Shown here: positions 19,537 to 29,687 of the stretch, in pieces
How the letters are laid out: the number at the start of each line of letters is the position of its first letter
Position numbering within the stretch: position 1 is the stretch's first letter
Origin: an uncultured candidate division Zixibacteria bacterium
Lineage (GTDB): Bacteria > Zixibacteria > MSB-5A5 > RBG-16-43-9
Assembly: GCA_963713865.1 (NCBI GenBank)
Contig: OY970208.1
Location: 1,376,001-1,440,000, forward strand
DNA: 64,000 bases
Reading direction: 5' to 3'
Program-made: the position numbers and the translations under genes
Notes under the pieces: generated by a model
The model's database searches: none
Told to the model about the DNA's origin: nothing
Seen by the model: the letters and a program-made list of their open reading frames with translations, nothing else

Positions 19537-20760
19537 ATGATGTCGCTTAAATTCAAAACAGATGAAATTGATTTCAAGCTTTTCTTCACGGCTTTACTCT
19601 TATCTTTGATCGGAATTCTTCTGATCTACAGCGCCAAACACAATTCCATAAGTGAGCAGAGTCTTTTTCAAAAACAGCTCTTCTGGCTTTTTTTATCCTT
19701 GATCGCTGCCGGAATATTATACATAATCCCCCTGAGGCTGCATGAGATCATCTCTTACCTGTACTATCTTCTGGCTATCGTTTTACTGGTTGCGGTCCTC
19801 TTCTTCGGAGCAAGCCGACTGGGAGCTATTCGTTGGTTTGAGTTAGGAGGGATGACTTTTCAACCCTCAGAATGGGCAAAGATTGCCACAGTCTTTGCTC
19901 TGGCACGCTACCTTTCTTATACCAAGCGTTCTTTTACCTCTATTCTCTGGATTGGAACAGTTATAGTTATAGGATTTGCTCCTCTGCTTTTAGTTTTGAG
20001 AGAACCTGATTTAGGAACTTCCTTAGTTTTTTTAGCTATAATTTTATCTATGCTCTATTGGGCTAAAATCCCGCTCTTCTTTATCTTTTTAATCTTCTCT
20101 CCTTTGATCAGCCTAGTAGCTGGTTTCCACTGGCTCTCCTGGGGAATTTTCTTTTTTATTCTTATCTATCTTTTATACTGGTTCAGACCAGGATTTTTGT
20201 TTTCTTTCTGGATTATAATCTTTAATTTAATCTTTGGTATCCTTACTCCTTTACTCTGGAACAGGTTGCATGACTATCAAAAACTAAGGATCCTGATATT
20301 TCTGGACCCGAACAGAGACCCTTTAGGAGCAGGTTATCAGATTATCCAGTCTAAAGTTGCTATTGGTTCAGGTGGTATTTTGGGAAAAGGATTTTTACAT
20401 GGTTCTCAAACCAAATTAGCCTTTCTACCAATGCAGCATACCGATTTTATTTTCTCTGTAGCCGGTGAGGAGTTCGGGTTGATCGGCTCTTTGATCTTTT
20501 TAGCCCTTTACTTTTTTCTGATCTTTCGCGGGATATCCATCGCTTCTAAATCCAGGAATAGTTTTAACGGCTACGTTGCTTTTGGATTAACCTCGGTTTT
20601 TATTTTTCAGGGTGTTGTGAATTTAGGAATGGCTATGGGTCTTCTTCCGGTAACCGGTATAACTTTTCCGCTGGTAAGCTACGGGGGATCATCCCTCCTT
20701 ATGAGCTGGGTATCTATTGGCTTACTTTTGGCGATTCATTATAAGTGGACGGAATATTGA
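19537..20760 (+). CDS. rodA: SEDS peptidoglycan polymerase RodA
   Basis: 'FQPSEWAK', 'EPDLGT', 'GAGYQIIQS', 'HTDFIFS', 'SYGGSS'. Confidence 0.95.
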   Translation: MMSLKFKTDEIDFKLFFTALLLSLIGILLIYSAKHNSISEQSLFQKQLFWLFLSLIAAGILYIIPLRLHEIISYLYYLLAIVLLVAVLFFGASRLGAIRWFELGGMTFQPSEWAKIATVFALARYLSYTKRSFTSILWIGTVIVIGFAPLLLVLREPDLGTSLVFLAIILSMLYWAKIPLFFIFLIFSPLISLVAGFHWLSWGIFFFILIYLLYWFRPGFLFSFWIIIFNLIFGILTPLLWNRLHDYQKLRILIFLDPNRDPLGAGYQIIQSKVAIGSGGILGKGFLHGSQTKLAFLPMQHTDFIFSVAGEEFGLIGSLIFLALYFFLIFRGISIASKSRNSFNGYVAFGLTSVFIFQGVVNLGMAMGLLPVTGITFPLVSYGGSSLLMSWVSIGLLLAIHYKWTEY

Positions 20761-20905
20761 CGTATATATTAAACAATGACAGATATCAGATAACAAATGA
20801 CAAATATAAGATTGAAGATAATTAGAGTTATGCTTTCAACTAAACTAATATCTTTCTCTTTAATCCTTGAACCCTTTATCTCTTTTACCTTTTTAAGAAT
20901 AATTT

Positions 20906-21721
20906 ATGTGTCCAGTTCTTTTTAAGATCGGTCCTGTTTCGATTAAGAGTTATGGGCTTTTTTTGGTTTTCGCTTTTATAGCCGGAATAATTTTAGCATT
21001 ATGGAGAGGTAAAAAGAAAGGCGTGAGACCTGAAAAAATTATTGACCTGACCCTTTTAGTATTGATAAGTTCTCTGGTAGGTTCAAGATTTTTTTATGTG
21101 GTCTATCATTTAGATGAGTTTCAGGGACACTTCTGGGATGTGATAAACCCTTTTCAAAGCTCAGGCGAGATCGGGATAGGAGGGCTTTCGATGATGGGTG
21201 GGGTAGTTCTCTCGATAGTAGCAGGCATAATTTATCTTTTTTTAAAAAAGATGCCAGTATGGAAAATCGCAGATATAGTAGCACCGTCCTTCGCTTTAGG
21301 TTTAGGGTTTGCACGGATAGGCTGTTTCCTGAATGGATGCTGTCCTGGAAAGGTAACCGATAGCTTTTTAGGAGTGGTTTTTCCGCCTGATTCTTTTGCC
21401 GGTTATTTTTTCCCGGGGACCAGGCTTTTACCGACCCAGCTTTTTGAATCCCTAGCAGGGTTTGTTATTTTTTCTCTTTTGATCTTGTCAGAGAGATTTA
21501 AGACGTTTGAGGGGTTTACTTTCTGGCTGATGTTAGTTTTTTATTCTGTCTGGAGATTTATTATCGATTTTTTCAGGTATTATGAGCAGAGTATGGTAGT
21601 TGCCAGTTTTGGGAGTATTCGGTTCTCAGCTAACCAGGTTTTATCCCTTCTGATTTTTATCATCTCCATTTCGATGTGGTTTTATTTCAGGTCTAAGAAG
21701 ATAAAAAAGAATGTGGTTTAA
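20906..21721 (+). CDS. lgt: Prolipoprotein diacylglyceryl transferase
   Basis: 'SYG', 'GSRFFYV', 'RIGCFLNGCC', 'PTQLFES', 'RFIIDFFR'. Confidence 0.9.
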   Translation: MCPVLFKIGPVSIKSYGLFLVFAFIAGIILALWRGKKKGVRPEKIIDLTLLVLISSLVGSRFFYVVYHLDEFQGHFWDVINPFQSSGEIGIGGLSMMGGVVLSIVAGIIYLFLKKMPVWKIADIVAPSFALGLGFARIGCFLNGCCPGKVTDSFLGVVFPPDSFAGYFFPGTRLLPTQLFESLAGFVIFSLLILSERFKTFEGFTFWLMLVFYSVWRFIIDFFRYYEQSMVVASFGSIRFSANQVLSLLIFIISISMWFYFRSKKIKKNVV

Positions 21722-21766
21722 GTAGCATCGGGCTTGACCTCCGACGAATAAAGCGACCCTGTCCTG

Positions 21767-21830
21767 CGGTGGCTACGAGCCCGCCCGTCCTTCAGATCCG
21801 TAGGATAGGGCGCCGAACGTAGTCTCCGCT
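21767..21830. repeat. Dispersed structured repeat, copy 1 (copy 2 at 59980-60025)
   Basis: CGGTGGCTAYGAGCCCGCCC-[variable]-GGGCGYCRARCGTAGTCTCCG shared by both copies. Confidence 0.7.
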
Positions 21831-21861
21831 AATAGAAAAAGAATCGCACGACGAAAAAGAT

Positions 21862-22618
21862 ATGAAAATCTTAAGAACCTGTCTCGAGTTGAAAAATTCT
21901 CTTCTGGATTTTGTCTTTCCTCCTCATTGTCTTCTGTGTAATCGATTAATATCTTCGGAGGAGGGTAAGTTTAACGGAATTCGTCCTGCAGGTCTGGTCT
22001 GTCAGGACTGCTGGAAAAGCTTGAACGTTCTGCCACATCCTTTTTGTCCGACCTGTCGGACTTTTTTAAACCAGAGTATGAGAAAATGTCCAAAATGTTC
22101 AGAATCGTCTTCTCTTAATATGAACAGGTCACTGGGTCTTTTTGATCCTGATTACCAGAACCCTCTTGCACCATTTTAAATATAAAAGGAAAATCTCCCT
22201 GGGTAAGGAGTTGGGTAAAAGATTAGGAGAGCTTTTAATACAAGATGAGTTTTCAAAAGATTATGGTTATCTTATACCGGTCCCCCTTCATAGCTCAAGG
22301 AAAAGGGAAAGGGGTTATAACCAGAGCAAAATCTTAGCGGAGGAGATTTCCGAGTTGACCTTTTTACCTCTTTTAGATAAGGTTCTGATGAGAAAGAAAA
22401 ATACCAGAGATCAGACTAATCTTAATGCAGAGGAAAGAGAGAGGAATGTAAGAGGGGCTTTCGTCGTAAGGGATAAGCTCGTGCCTAAAGGGGAAAGGGT
22501 TATTCTGGTGGATGATGTTATGACTACAGGTGCGACTTTAAAAGAATGCTCCAGAGTTTTAAAGGAGGCAGGCGTAAAAGAGGTGGCCGGGGTTACAGTG
22601 GCGGTAGTGAATTTTTAA
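21862..22618 (+). CDS. comF: ComF family phosphoribosyltransferase-like protein with double zinc ribbon, split by a +1 frameshift near 22159
   Basis: Zinc ribbons in 21862-22179; 'PVPLH..RERGYNQS' and 'LVDDVMTTGAT' in 22142-22618; deleting one A restores DYQTLLHHFKYK (251 aa). Confidence 0.85.
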
Positions 22619-22675
22619 AATTAATCCGCCACCGGGTGGACTAAAGGTTTCAAAAATTTCTAAACGGAGGGGATT

Positions 22676-23326
22676 ATGTCACTTTTAAGTGAAGAGATTA
22701 AGAAGGAATTGAAAAGGGAACTGGAGGGGTTAAAAAATGAAGTGAAGCTGATCGTCTTTACCCAGGAGTTAGAGTGCCAGTACTGCAAGGAAAATCATAT
22801 GTTGGCTGAGGATATTGTTTCACTAACAGATAAGATTAAATTAGAGGTGTATAATTTTACCTTAGACAAAAATAAGGTAGAGGAGTATAAGATTGATAAA
22901 ATTCCGGCTATGGTGGTATGTGATGAAACAGGAAAAGACTATGGAATAAGATTCTATGGTATTCCAACTGGATATGAATTCACCTCTTTGATTGAAGCTA
23001 TCAGAAATGTATCCATAGGTGAGTCTGGGTTAACTGAGAAAAGCAAGGGGGAACTGAAGAAACTTGCCAAACCAGTTCATATACAGGTTTTCGTTACATT
23101 AACCTGACCATACTGCACCCAGGCAGTTAGCCTGGCTCATCAGTTAGCTTTAGAGAGCGATTTGATAAAGGCGGATATGGTTGAGGCAGGTGAGTTCCCA
23201 CATCTTTCGCATAAATATGATGTCTTCGCTGTTCCCAAAGTGATTATAAACGAAAAACACGGTTTTGAGGGTGCCCTGCCAGAGGAAAGTTTTATAGCTG
23301 AGGTTTTAAAGGCATCTGAATTTTAA
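22676..23326 (+). CDS. Selenocysteine-containing protein disulfide oxidoreductase (two thioredoxin folds, CQYC + UPYC), 216 aa
   Basis: In-frame TGA 23105-23107 at the first Cys position of FVTLT-U-PYC; the frame continues with family-typical 'ADMVEAGEFPHLSHKYDVFAVPKVIINE..FEGALPE' to TAA 23324-23326. Confidence 0.9.
23119..23135 (+). promoter_or_regulatory. Bacterial SECIS-like hairpin
   Basis: CCAGGC-agtta-GCCTGG starting 11 nt after the UGA, with a G in the loop. Confidence 0.7.
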
Positions 23327-23527
23327 TTAAGTTACATTAAACATGGTTAATACTCTCCATAATGTCGTATACGTACGGAGTTTATTGTCTTCTTTAAAAT
23401 TATCCTATGTATAAAAGAAGACTCTGGATGGATATCTTTGTGTATTAACTACAACTGCCAGGTTAATTAAGGAGGCGGAGGTTGATATTCATCGGGTGAT
23501 AAAGGAGAGGGTAAAGATTTTAGTAGT

Positions 23528-23558
23528 GCGACCATATAAGGGTCGTTTTTCTTTTTTG
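23528..23558 (+). terminator. Intrinsic terminator
   Basis: GCGACC-atataag-GGTCGT followed by TTTTCTTTTTT. Confidence 0.55.
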
Positions 23559-23678
23559 TAAGAAATCTGCATTTTGGTTTGAAAATTCATGTTAAATTTT
23601 AAGATTTTTGTTGACTTAAGATTCTTAATTTCCGTAATTAATATAGAAATAGGGAATAACTTCAAAGAAAACATTAAA

Positions 23679-24215
23679 ATGAATTATTTTTTAACTGGAT
23701 TGCCAGGAATTGGTAAAACCTCCGTAATTAAAAAAGTAATTGAGAAAATGGATAGATCCACCTGCGGTTTCTTTACTACCGAGATTAGAGTTGGTGAGAA
23801 CAGGGTGGGTTTTTCTGTTCAGACACTTTTTGGGATGGAGGGGGTTTTAGCCCACAAAGAATTCAAGAGTAAATACCGGATGGGTAGCTATGGAATATCG
23901 GTTACTGGTTTTGAGAAGATTGTCTCCCGGGAATTAGAAAGGTGCTTAAGAGGACGTAGCATCATAATTATAGATGAGATCGGAAAGATGGAGCTTTTCT
24001 CCAGAAGGTTTCAAGAGCTGGTCCTGGTTTGTCTGGATGCTCCTAATCCGGTGTTGGGGACGATTATGTATGGTTATCACCCATTCGTGGAGAAGGTGAA
24101 GAAACGGGAAGATGTTAAACTCTTTGAAGTGACCAAACAGAATAGAAACCAGATGGTTAATATTTTGATGGAGGAATTTAAGAAAGAAAAGGTGAACGAA
24201 GGCTCCCCCCAATAA
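23679..24215 (+). CDS. NTPase (THEP1/NTPase_1 family)
   Basis: 'LTGLPGIGKT', 'GFFTTEIR', 'IIIDEIGKMEL'; probable ATG 23679. Confidence 0.9.
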   Translation: MNYFLTGLPGIGKTSVIKKVIEKMDRSTCGFFTTEIRVGENRVGFSVQTLFGMEGVLAHKEFKSKYRMGSYGISVTGFEKIVSRELERCLRGRSIIIIDEIGKMELFSRRFQELVLVCLDAPNPVLGTIMYGYHPFVEKVKKREDVKLFEVTKQNRNQMVNILMEEFKKEKVNEGSPQ

Positions 24216-24295
24216 AAAATTACCTGAATATCGTTACCACGTTGAATAAATCGAAAATTTAAATGTAGGGGCGTATTGTAATACGTCCCTACATT

Positions 24296-25297
24296 TTATG
24301 GTATTTCCAATACTCCAGCTCCGTTTATTTTCCCCTGCTTGAGTAATTGTAAAGCCTGATTTGCTTCTTTTAAAGGGAAAACAGAGACCTGGGTGCGGAT
24401 AGGGATTACTTCAGCCAGTTTGAGTAACTCTTCGCCATCTTTTCTGGTGCTGTTAGTCACGCTTCTTAAGGTCTTCTCATAATATAGATGTTCGGTGTAG
24501 TCCAGTTGGGGGGTAGGAGTCATATAGATTCCAGCCAGGATAAGTGTTCCGCCTTTGTTTAAGGATTTTAAAGCAGAGGGAACTATTTCTCCTGCAGGTG
24601 CAAAGATGATTGAGCTGTGGAGCTTTTTTGGGGGTGTTTGTTCTGTTTTCCCTGCCCAGACTGCTCCTAATTTTAAAGCTAATTTCTGATGTTCTGTGCT
24701 TCGAGTAAAGACATACACCTCACAATTCCAGTGAATAGCTATTTGTATAGTGATATGCGCTGAGGCTCCAAAGCCATAAAGTCCCAATCTCTCTCCTGGT
24801 TTGATTTCGCTCAGTTTTAAAGCTCGATATCCGATTATTCCTGCACAGAGTAAAGGAGCAGTCTCAGCGGGAGAGAGTTTATCTGGAACAGGGTAGGCGA
24901 AATCTTCTTGGATGACTGTATATTGGGCATAACCTCCATCTAAATGATAACCGGTGAATTTTGCCAATTCGCATAGATTTTCTTTTCCGCTTTTGCAGAA
25001 CTCGCATTTACCGCAGGTGTAATTTAACCAGGCAATACCAACTCTATCTCCGATTTTGAATCTTTGTGCATTTCCCCCTTTTTTCTCAACTATGCCTACA
25101 ATTTGATGTCCTGGTATTAGAGGTAGCCTGGGTAAAGGAAGTTCTCCTTCAACCGTATGCAGGTCGGTATGGCAAATTCCACATGCCTGCACGCGGATTA
25201 AAATATCCTCTGGTCCGATTTCTGGTATCGGGCTTTCTTTAAATTGAAGAGGATTTTTCTCGATTAAATCTGGTTTTTTTAAGAGCATTGCCTGCAT
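24296..25297 (-). CDS. Zinc-dependent alcohol dehydrogenase family protein
   Basis: 'CGICHTDLH', 'PGHQIVG', CGKCEFC..C structural Zn site, 'GLYGFGASAH'. Confidence 0.93.
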   Translation of the reverse strand: MQAMLLKKPDLIEKNPLQFKESPIPEIGPEDILIRVQACGICHTDLHTVEGELPLPRLPLIPGHQIVGIVEKKGGNAQRFKIGDRVGIAWLNYTCGKCEFCKSGKENLCELAKFTGYHLDGGYAQYTVIQEDFAYPVPDKLSPAETAPLLCAGIIGYRALKLSEIKPGERLGLYGFGASAHITIQIAIHWNCEVYVFTRSTEHQKLALKLGAVWAGKTEQTPPKKLHSSIIFAPAGEIVPSALKSLNKGGTLILAGIYMTPTPQLDYTEHLYYEKTLRSVTNSTRKDGEELLKLAEVIPIRTQVSVFPLKEANQALQLLKQGKINGAGVLEIP

Positions 25298-25314
25298 AGG
25301 ATTTCCTTCTGGTG

Positions 25315-25803
25315 GTAGAGACGCATAGCAATGCGTCTCTATTGTTCTCCATGGACAATCTCTTTATTTTGTGTGTCTGTCGGGTCCCCTGACCCGACAG
25401 ATTATTTTCTGAATAAACAATCTACCTCTAATGAAAACTTTTAGCAAGAAAATTTTGTTGTAAGGGCAAATGTGCTCGTCGTCCGCCTCAGGCGGACTGA
25501 CCCGTAGGTGGGTAGCACCCTCAACCAGTCGTTTAACATAGGTGATAAAAAATGGTAAAACAGGCATCCTGCCTGTTTCCCAAAGCTCAGATCCTGGAAA
25601 CGGGTCCGTTGGTCAGGAATGTCTGAGCTACCATTATGGATTCAGGTCCTAAAAATGGGTATGTAGGACGAGGACGCCTGACCCACCAACCCATCTACAT
25701 TGGGTGGTACTCTCAAACTCGTTTGAGGGTGATTCAGATTTACAACATCCCCCGTAGGGGGATGGCGCTCTGCTGTGGTGGCCTATAGCCATACACCCCT
25801 ACT
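25315..25803. repeat. Intergenic mosaic of REP-like palindromes
   Basis: GTAGAGACGCAT/ATGCGTCTCTA, TCTGTCGGGTC/GACCCGACAGA, GTCCGCCTCAGGCGGAC, AAACAGGCA/TGCCTGTTT, CTCAAAC/GTTTGAG, ...CCCCTAC. Confidence 0.75.
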
Positions 25804-25846
25804 TTTTTCTTGCTACATTTTTATTCTTCTGATATATTCTTTCAGT

Positions 25847-26338
25847 ATGGAAAAACCAGATAAAAAATCTACACCTAATAAAGAAGAGATTAAAATAATT
25901 GCCACTAATCGGAAAGCGCGGCATGAATATATTATCATAGAAACTTTTGAGGCAGGGTTGGTTCTGAAAGGAACTGAGGTGAAATCGCTGAGGGAAGGTA
26001 AGGCCAATCTCAGGGACTCTTATGCTAAAATAGATAAGGAGGAAGCAGTTCTCCTGAATATGCATATCAGTCCCTATGAAAAAGGTAATAGATATAACCA
26101 GGATCCAACCCGACCAAGAAAACTCCTTTTACACAAAAGCCAGATAAAAAGGCTGTTAGGTAAAGTGGTCGAAAAAGGTTTGACCTTAATCCCTCTCCGA
26201 CTCTACTTTAAGGGAAGTTATGCTAAAGTTGAATTGGCCGTAGCTGTGGGGAAGAAGCTTTTCGACAAAAGGAAATCGATTACGGAAAGGGATGTGGAAC
26301 GCGCTTTAAGAAGAGCTCTAAAGGAAAGAAATAAATGA
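25847..26338 (+). CDS. smpB: SsrA-binding protein
   Basis: 'NRKARHEY', '[15 protein letters not shown]', 'RKLLLHK', 'GKKLFDKR'; ATG 25847. Confidence 0.97.
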   Translation: MEKPDKKSTPNKEEIKIIATNRKARHEYIIIETFEAGLVLKGTEVKSLREGKANLRDSYAKIDKEEAVLLNMHISPYEKGNRYNQDPTRPRKLLLHKSQIKRLLGKVVEKGLTLIPLRLYFKGSYAKVELAVAVGKKLFDKRKSITERDVERALRRALKERNK

Positions 26339-27796
26339 GCAGGCAGATTAGACACTTCCTGATATTATCTTTAATAATTTTTCTACATACTTTGTCATCT
26401 GCGGATACGATTACCATAGATAAAGGGGGAGAAAAATATCAGATAGAGAGTCTGGAGATAGAAGGGTATCAATATATCGATCTCTCAGATTTAAAGAAAA
26501 TCTATGGTGGGGAGCTTTTCTGGGAGCCACTGGGGAAAAAAGTAATGTGGGAGGTAAATGAACATCAATTCAAATTCGACCTTTTCTCGCCTTACATCCT
26601 GTTAGATCAGGAGGCTTATAATCTGACCTTGCCGGTTGAATTAAAGCAGGGCAAAATTTATCTTCCCTTTAAAACTTTCTGGCCTGTTTTAGAGTCGATT
26701 GAACCTCCGGAAGGTGTGGTAAAAAAAAGAGATTATAATATTTATGATCTAAAAGTTAGTCAGAAATTGAACGGATTTCTCATAGAGATAAATCTTTCCG
26801 AACCTCTTAATTATGAGGTTTTTAAAAGTGAGGATAACTGGCTTATTATAAATTTCTTTGAAGGTAAAATCGACACTCTCCTTTTCTCAAATTTAAATAT
26901 CCCTGAGATTATATCAGAAAGCAGGGCTTATCAATTTCAGGGATCAGCCCAGCTCTCTTTAAAACTTTACAAAGAATTTCCCCGAGAAGATCACTTTATA
27001 AAATCCACCCCGGATGGACTTTATCACTTGCAGATAACTATAGAGGACACAACTCAGAGTCAGTCTCCTGAGGAAAAGGAAGAGATGGAAAAAAATCAAT
27101 TCAATGTTATCATATTAGATCCGGGGCATGGGGGGGAGAATTCTGGAGCAGTTGGTACCAAGGGTTTAAAGGAAAAGGATGTAGTTCTGGATATCGCCCT
27201 GAGACTGGAAAAACTCCTGAAAGCTACTAAAAATGAAGATCTTAAAGTATATCTTACCAGAAAAGGCGATTATTTCGTTCCTTTAGAACAGAGGTCCTTG
27301 TTCGCCAATCAAAAAGGAGGAGATCTGTTTGTAAGCATTCATGCCAATGGAGCTAAAAGGAAAAAGGCATCAGGCACTGAAATATATTTCTTAGCCCAGG
27401 CGAATAATGATGAAGCCCGGGCCGTGGCAGCCTTAGAGAATTCAGCTATTCTGTTTGAACGCCCGGAAGGAACTCAGGTAGATACCTCAGTGCTTGATTT
27501 CATATTGATGGATATGCTCCAGAACAGAGTTTCTGAAGGAATCCAGCAACTTAGCTCAGATGATTCATGATCGGATGAAAAGTTCTCTCAATATCCAGAG
27601 TAGAGGAGTGGATCAGGCAGGGTTTTTCGTGTTAAATAAGACCTATATGCCTTCGGTTTTAGTAGAGACTGCTTTTATCACTAACCCGGAGGAAGAAAAG
27701 CTTTTAAATAAAGGCACTTTCAGGCAGAAGATAGCTGAGGCGATCTATCAGGCGATTCTGGATTTTAAAAACAAATATGAGGTTAAAGAAAAGTGA
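26335..27796 (+). CDS. N-acetylmuramoyl-L-alanine amidase (Amidase_3, AmiC-like), split by a +1 frameshift near 27523
   Basis: 'LDPGHGG', 'EKDVVL', 'FVSIHAN', and in the next ORF '[13 protein letters not shown]'; deleting one A gives [18 protein letters not shown] (486 aa). Confidence 0.88.
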
Positions 27797-28605
27797 GAGT
27801 AAATGAAAAAGCTATAGGGGTTTTCGATTCGGGCGTCGGTGGTCTGACTGTAGCAAAGCAGATTTTCAAAAAGCTCCCTTTTGAAAATGTGATCTATTTC
27901 GGGGATACAGCCCGGACACCTTATGGTCCCCGTTCCGCAGAAATAGTCAGGAAATTCTCAGTACAGAATATAAGCTTCCTTTCAACTCAGAGAGTAAAAT
28001 TAATCGTAGTTGCCTGCAACACCGCTTCAGCTGTAGCTCTGGATTATCTAAAAAAGATATTTCAACTACCTCTGATGGGAGTTATAGAACCTGGTTCCAG
28101 GGCTGCGGAAAAAGTAACTAAAAACGGAAGAATAGGAGTGATAGGAACTGTAGGGACTATTCGCTCAGAATCATATACTAAGGCTATTAAAAAGATAGAT
28201 AAAAAAATAAAGGTGTTTGGGTACCCCTGTCAACTTTTTGTTTCTCTGGTAGAGGAGGGTTATATAGATAAAAGAGCCACTCACCTGATAGCTGAGGAAT
28301 ATTTAGCCCCTTTGAAAAAACAGAAGATAGATACCCTGGTTTTGGGATGCACTCATTATCCTCTTTTGAAAAAGGTAATATCAGAAGTTATGGGTGACAA
28401 AGTTACTTTAATCGATTCAGCTGAGGAGACTGCCTTAGAAGTTAAAAGAACCTTAGAAGAAAAGGAAATGATAAATATCTCACACTCAGAACCCCAGTAT
28501 AAATTTTACGTGTCAGATTTCCCAGAAAAATTTGCTCAGATAAGCGAAAGATTCTTGGGGGAGAAGATTAAAGAGGTAAAGAAAATAGATATTAATAAAT
28601 ATTAA
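27793..28605 (+). CDS. murI: Glutamate racemase
   Basis: 'FDSGVGGLTV', 'VACNTAS', 'LGCTHYP'. Confidence 0.97.
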   Translation: MRVNEKAIGVFDSGVGGLTVAKQIFKKLPFENVIYFGDTARTPYGPRSAEIVRKFSVQNISFLSTQRVKLIVVACNTASAVALDYLKKIFQLPLMGVIEPGSRAAEKVTKNGRIGVIGTVGTIRSESYTKAIKKIDKKIKVFGYPCQLFVSLVEEGYIDKRATHLIAEEYLAPLKKQKIDTLVLGCTHYPLLKKVISEVMGDKVTLIDSAEETALEVKRTLEEKEMINISHSEPQYKFYVSDFPEKFAQISERFLGEKIKEVKKIDINKY

Positions 28606-28651
28606 AAGACGTGACCATGATACGTGAGCGTTATTCGTAGTAACATTTAAT

Positions 28652-28733
28652 CTGTCATTCCGAGGACGACGAAACAATCCCTATAGGGTAAACGGATTGC
28701 TTCGTCCGCCTCTGGCGAGACTCGCAATGACAG
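28652..28733. repeat. GTCATT...AATGAC-type palindromic element
   Basis: CTGTCATTCCGAG...CTCGCAATGACAG ends, internal GAAACAATCC/GGATTGCTTC, nested GTCCGCCTCTGGCGAGAC; relatives at 50764-50865 and 51475-51513. Confidence 0.7.
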
Positions 28734-28836
28734 CCAAAACACATCGGGCTCACGTATCCGTTGAGTCACCTGACCTAATAGTAGATGAGTTGAGACGCAT
28801 AACTATGCGTCTCTACAAGTACTAATAAAAAATAAA

Positions 28837-29439
28837 ATGAGAATAATTTTAGCTACCCGGAATCAACATAAAATAAAAGAGATAAAAAAGATTCTGGCAA
28901 ACCAACAAATAGAGATTCTGACCTTGGAAGATTTTCCAGATATGCCTGAAGTTAAGGAGACAGGAAAGACTTTAGAAGAGAATGCTGTCCTTAAAGCAAA
29001 ATCTGTTTTTAATGCAACTGGAATACCTGCCTTAGCAGATGATTCAGGTCTGGAAGTTGATGCTTTGGATGGTGCGCCGGGGGTTATGTCTGCAAGGTTT
29101 GCCGGTCCGGGATGCAGTTACGAAGATAATAATCTGAAACTCTTAGGTTTGTTGAAAGGAATCCCGGATGAAAGAAGAGGGGCGAGTTTTAGATGTGTGA
29201 TGGCTCTGGTTTTAAATCCAGATAATATAAGGATATTAGAGGGTAGAGTAAGAGGAGTTATTACCCAAAATGAAATCGGGGAAAACGGATTTGGTTATGA
29301 CCCGGTTTTCTTTTTTCCGGAATTGGGTAAAACCTTTGCCCAGCTTGAACCCGAGGAGAAGAACAGAATCAGCCACAGGGGGATAGCTTTAAGAAAAGCG
29401 AAGGAATTGATAAAAAGAAAAATGACGGATAGCGGATGA
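28837..29439 (+). CDS. rdgB: Non-canonical purine NTP pyrophosphatase (RdgB/HAM1)
   Basis: 'ATRNQHK', 'ADDSGLEVDALDGAPG', 'GFGYDPVF', 'KNRISHRG'. Confidence 0.96.
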   Translation: MRIILATRNQHKIKEIKKILANQQIEILTLEDFPDMPEVKETGKTLEENAVLKAKSVFNATGIPALADDSGLEVDALDGAPGVMSARFAGPGCSYEDNNLKLLGLLKGIPDERRGASFRCVMALVLNPDNIRILEGRVRGVITQNEIGENGFGYDPVFFFPELGKTFAQLEPEEKNRISHRGIALRKAKELIKRKMTDSG

Positions 29440-29687
29440 CGGATAAAGAATAAAAATAATATCCTCTGGAGTGTAAAGCCTCAAGATCTTATCCACGGGA
29501 TCCTGGTGAAAACTTTAGCTTTACGTTTTTGTTTTAAATAAATAATAAGTGCACGACATGCCGTGCTCCTACTTTTTGGGTTGACTAAAAATCAAAAAAG
29601 AGTATATTTAGTAATTGAGGGGAGAGGAATATAAATTAAGTATCCGAAGGGAAAAGTCGATTTTCTTAATAAAAAAAGGAGAAAATT

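Noticed and set aside
22676-23107. 143-aa truncated thioredoxin-like ORF or nonsense pseudogene
   Set aside because: The UGA aligns with a catalytic Cys and is followed by a SECIS-like hairpin and an intact frame
25364-25567. 67-aa ORF, and similar ORFs at 32623-32868, 37968-38162, 45458-45805, 59934-60377
   Set aside because: Translations of repeat-rich intergenic DNA with no protein features
25315-25803. CRISPR array or tmRNA next to smpB
   Set aside because: Palindromes are heterogeneous with no constant repeat-spacer period; no tRNA-like ends or tag ORF seen
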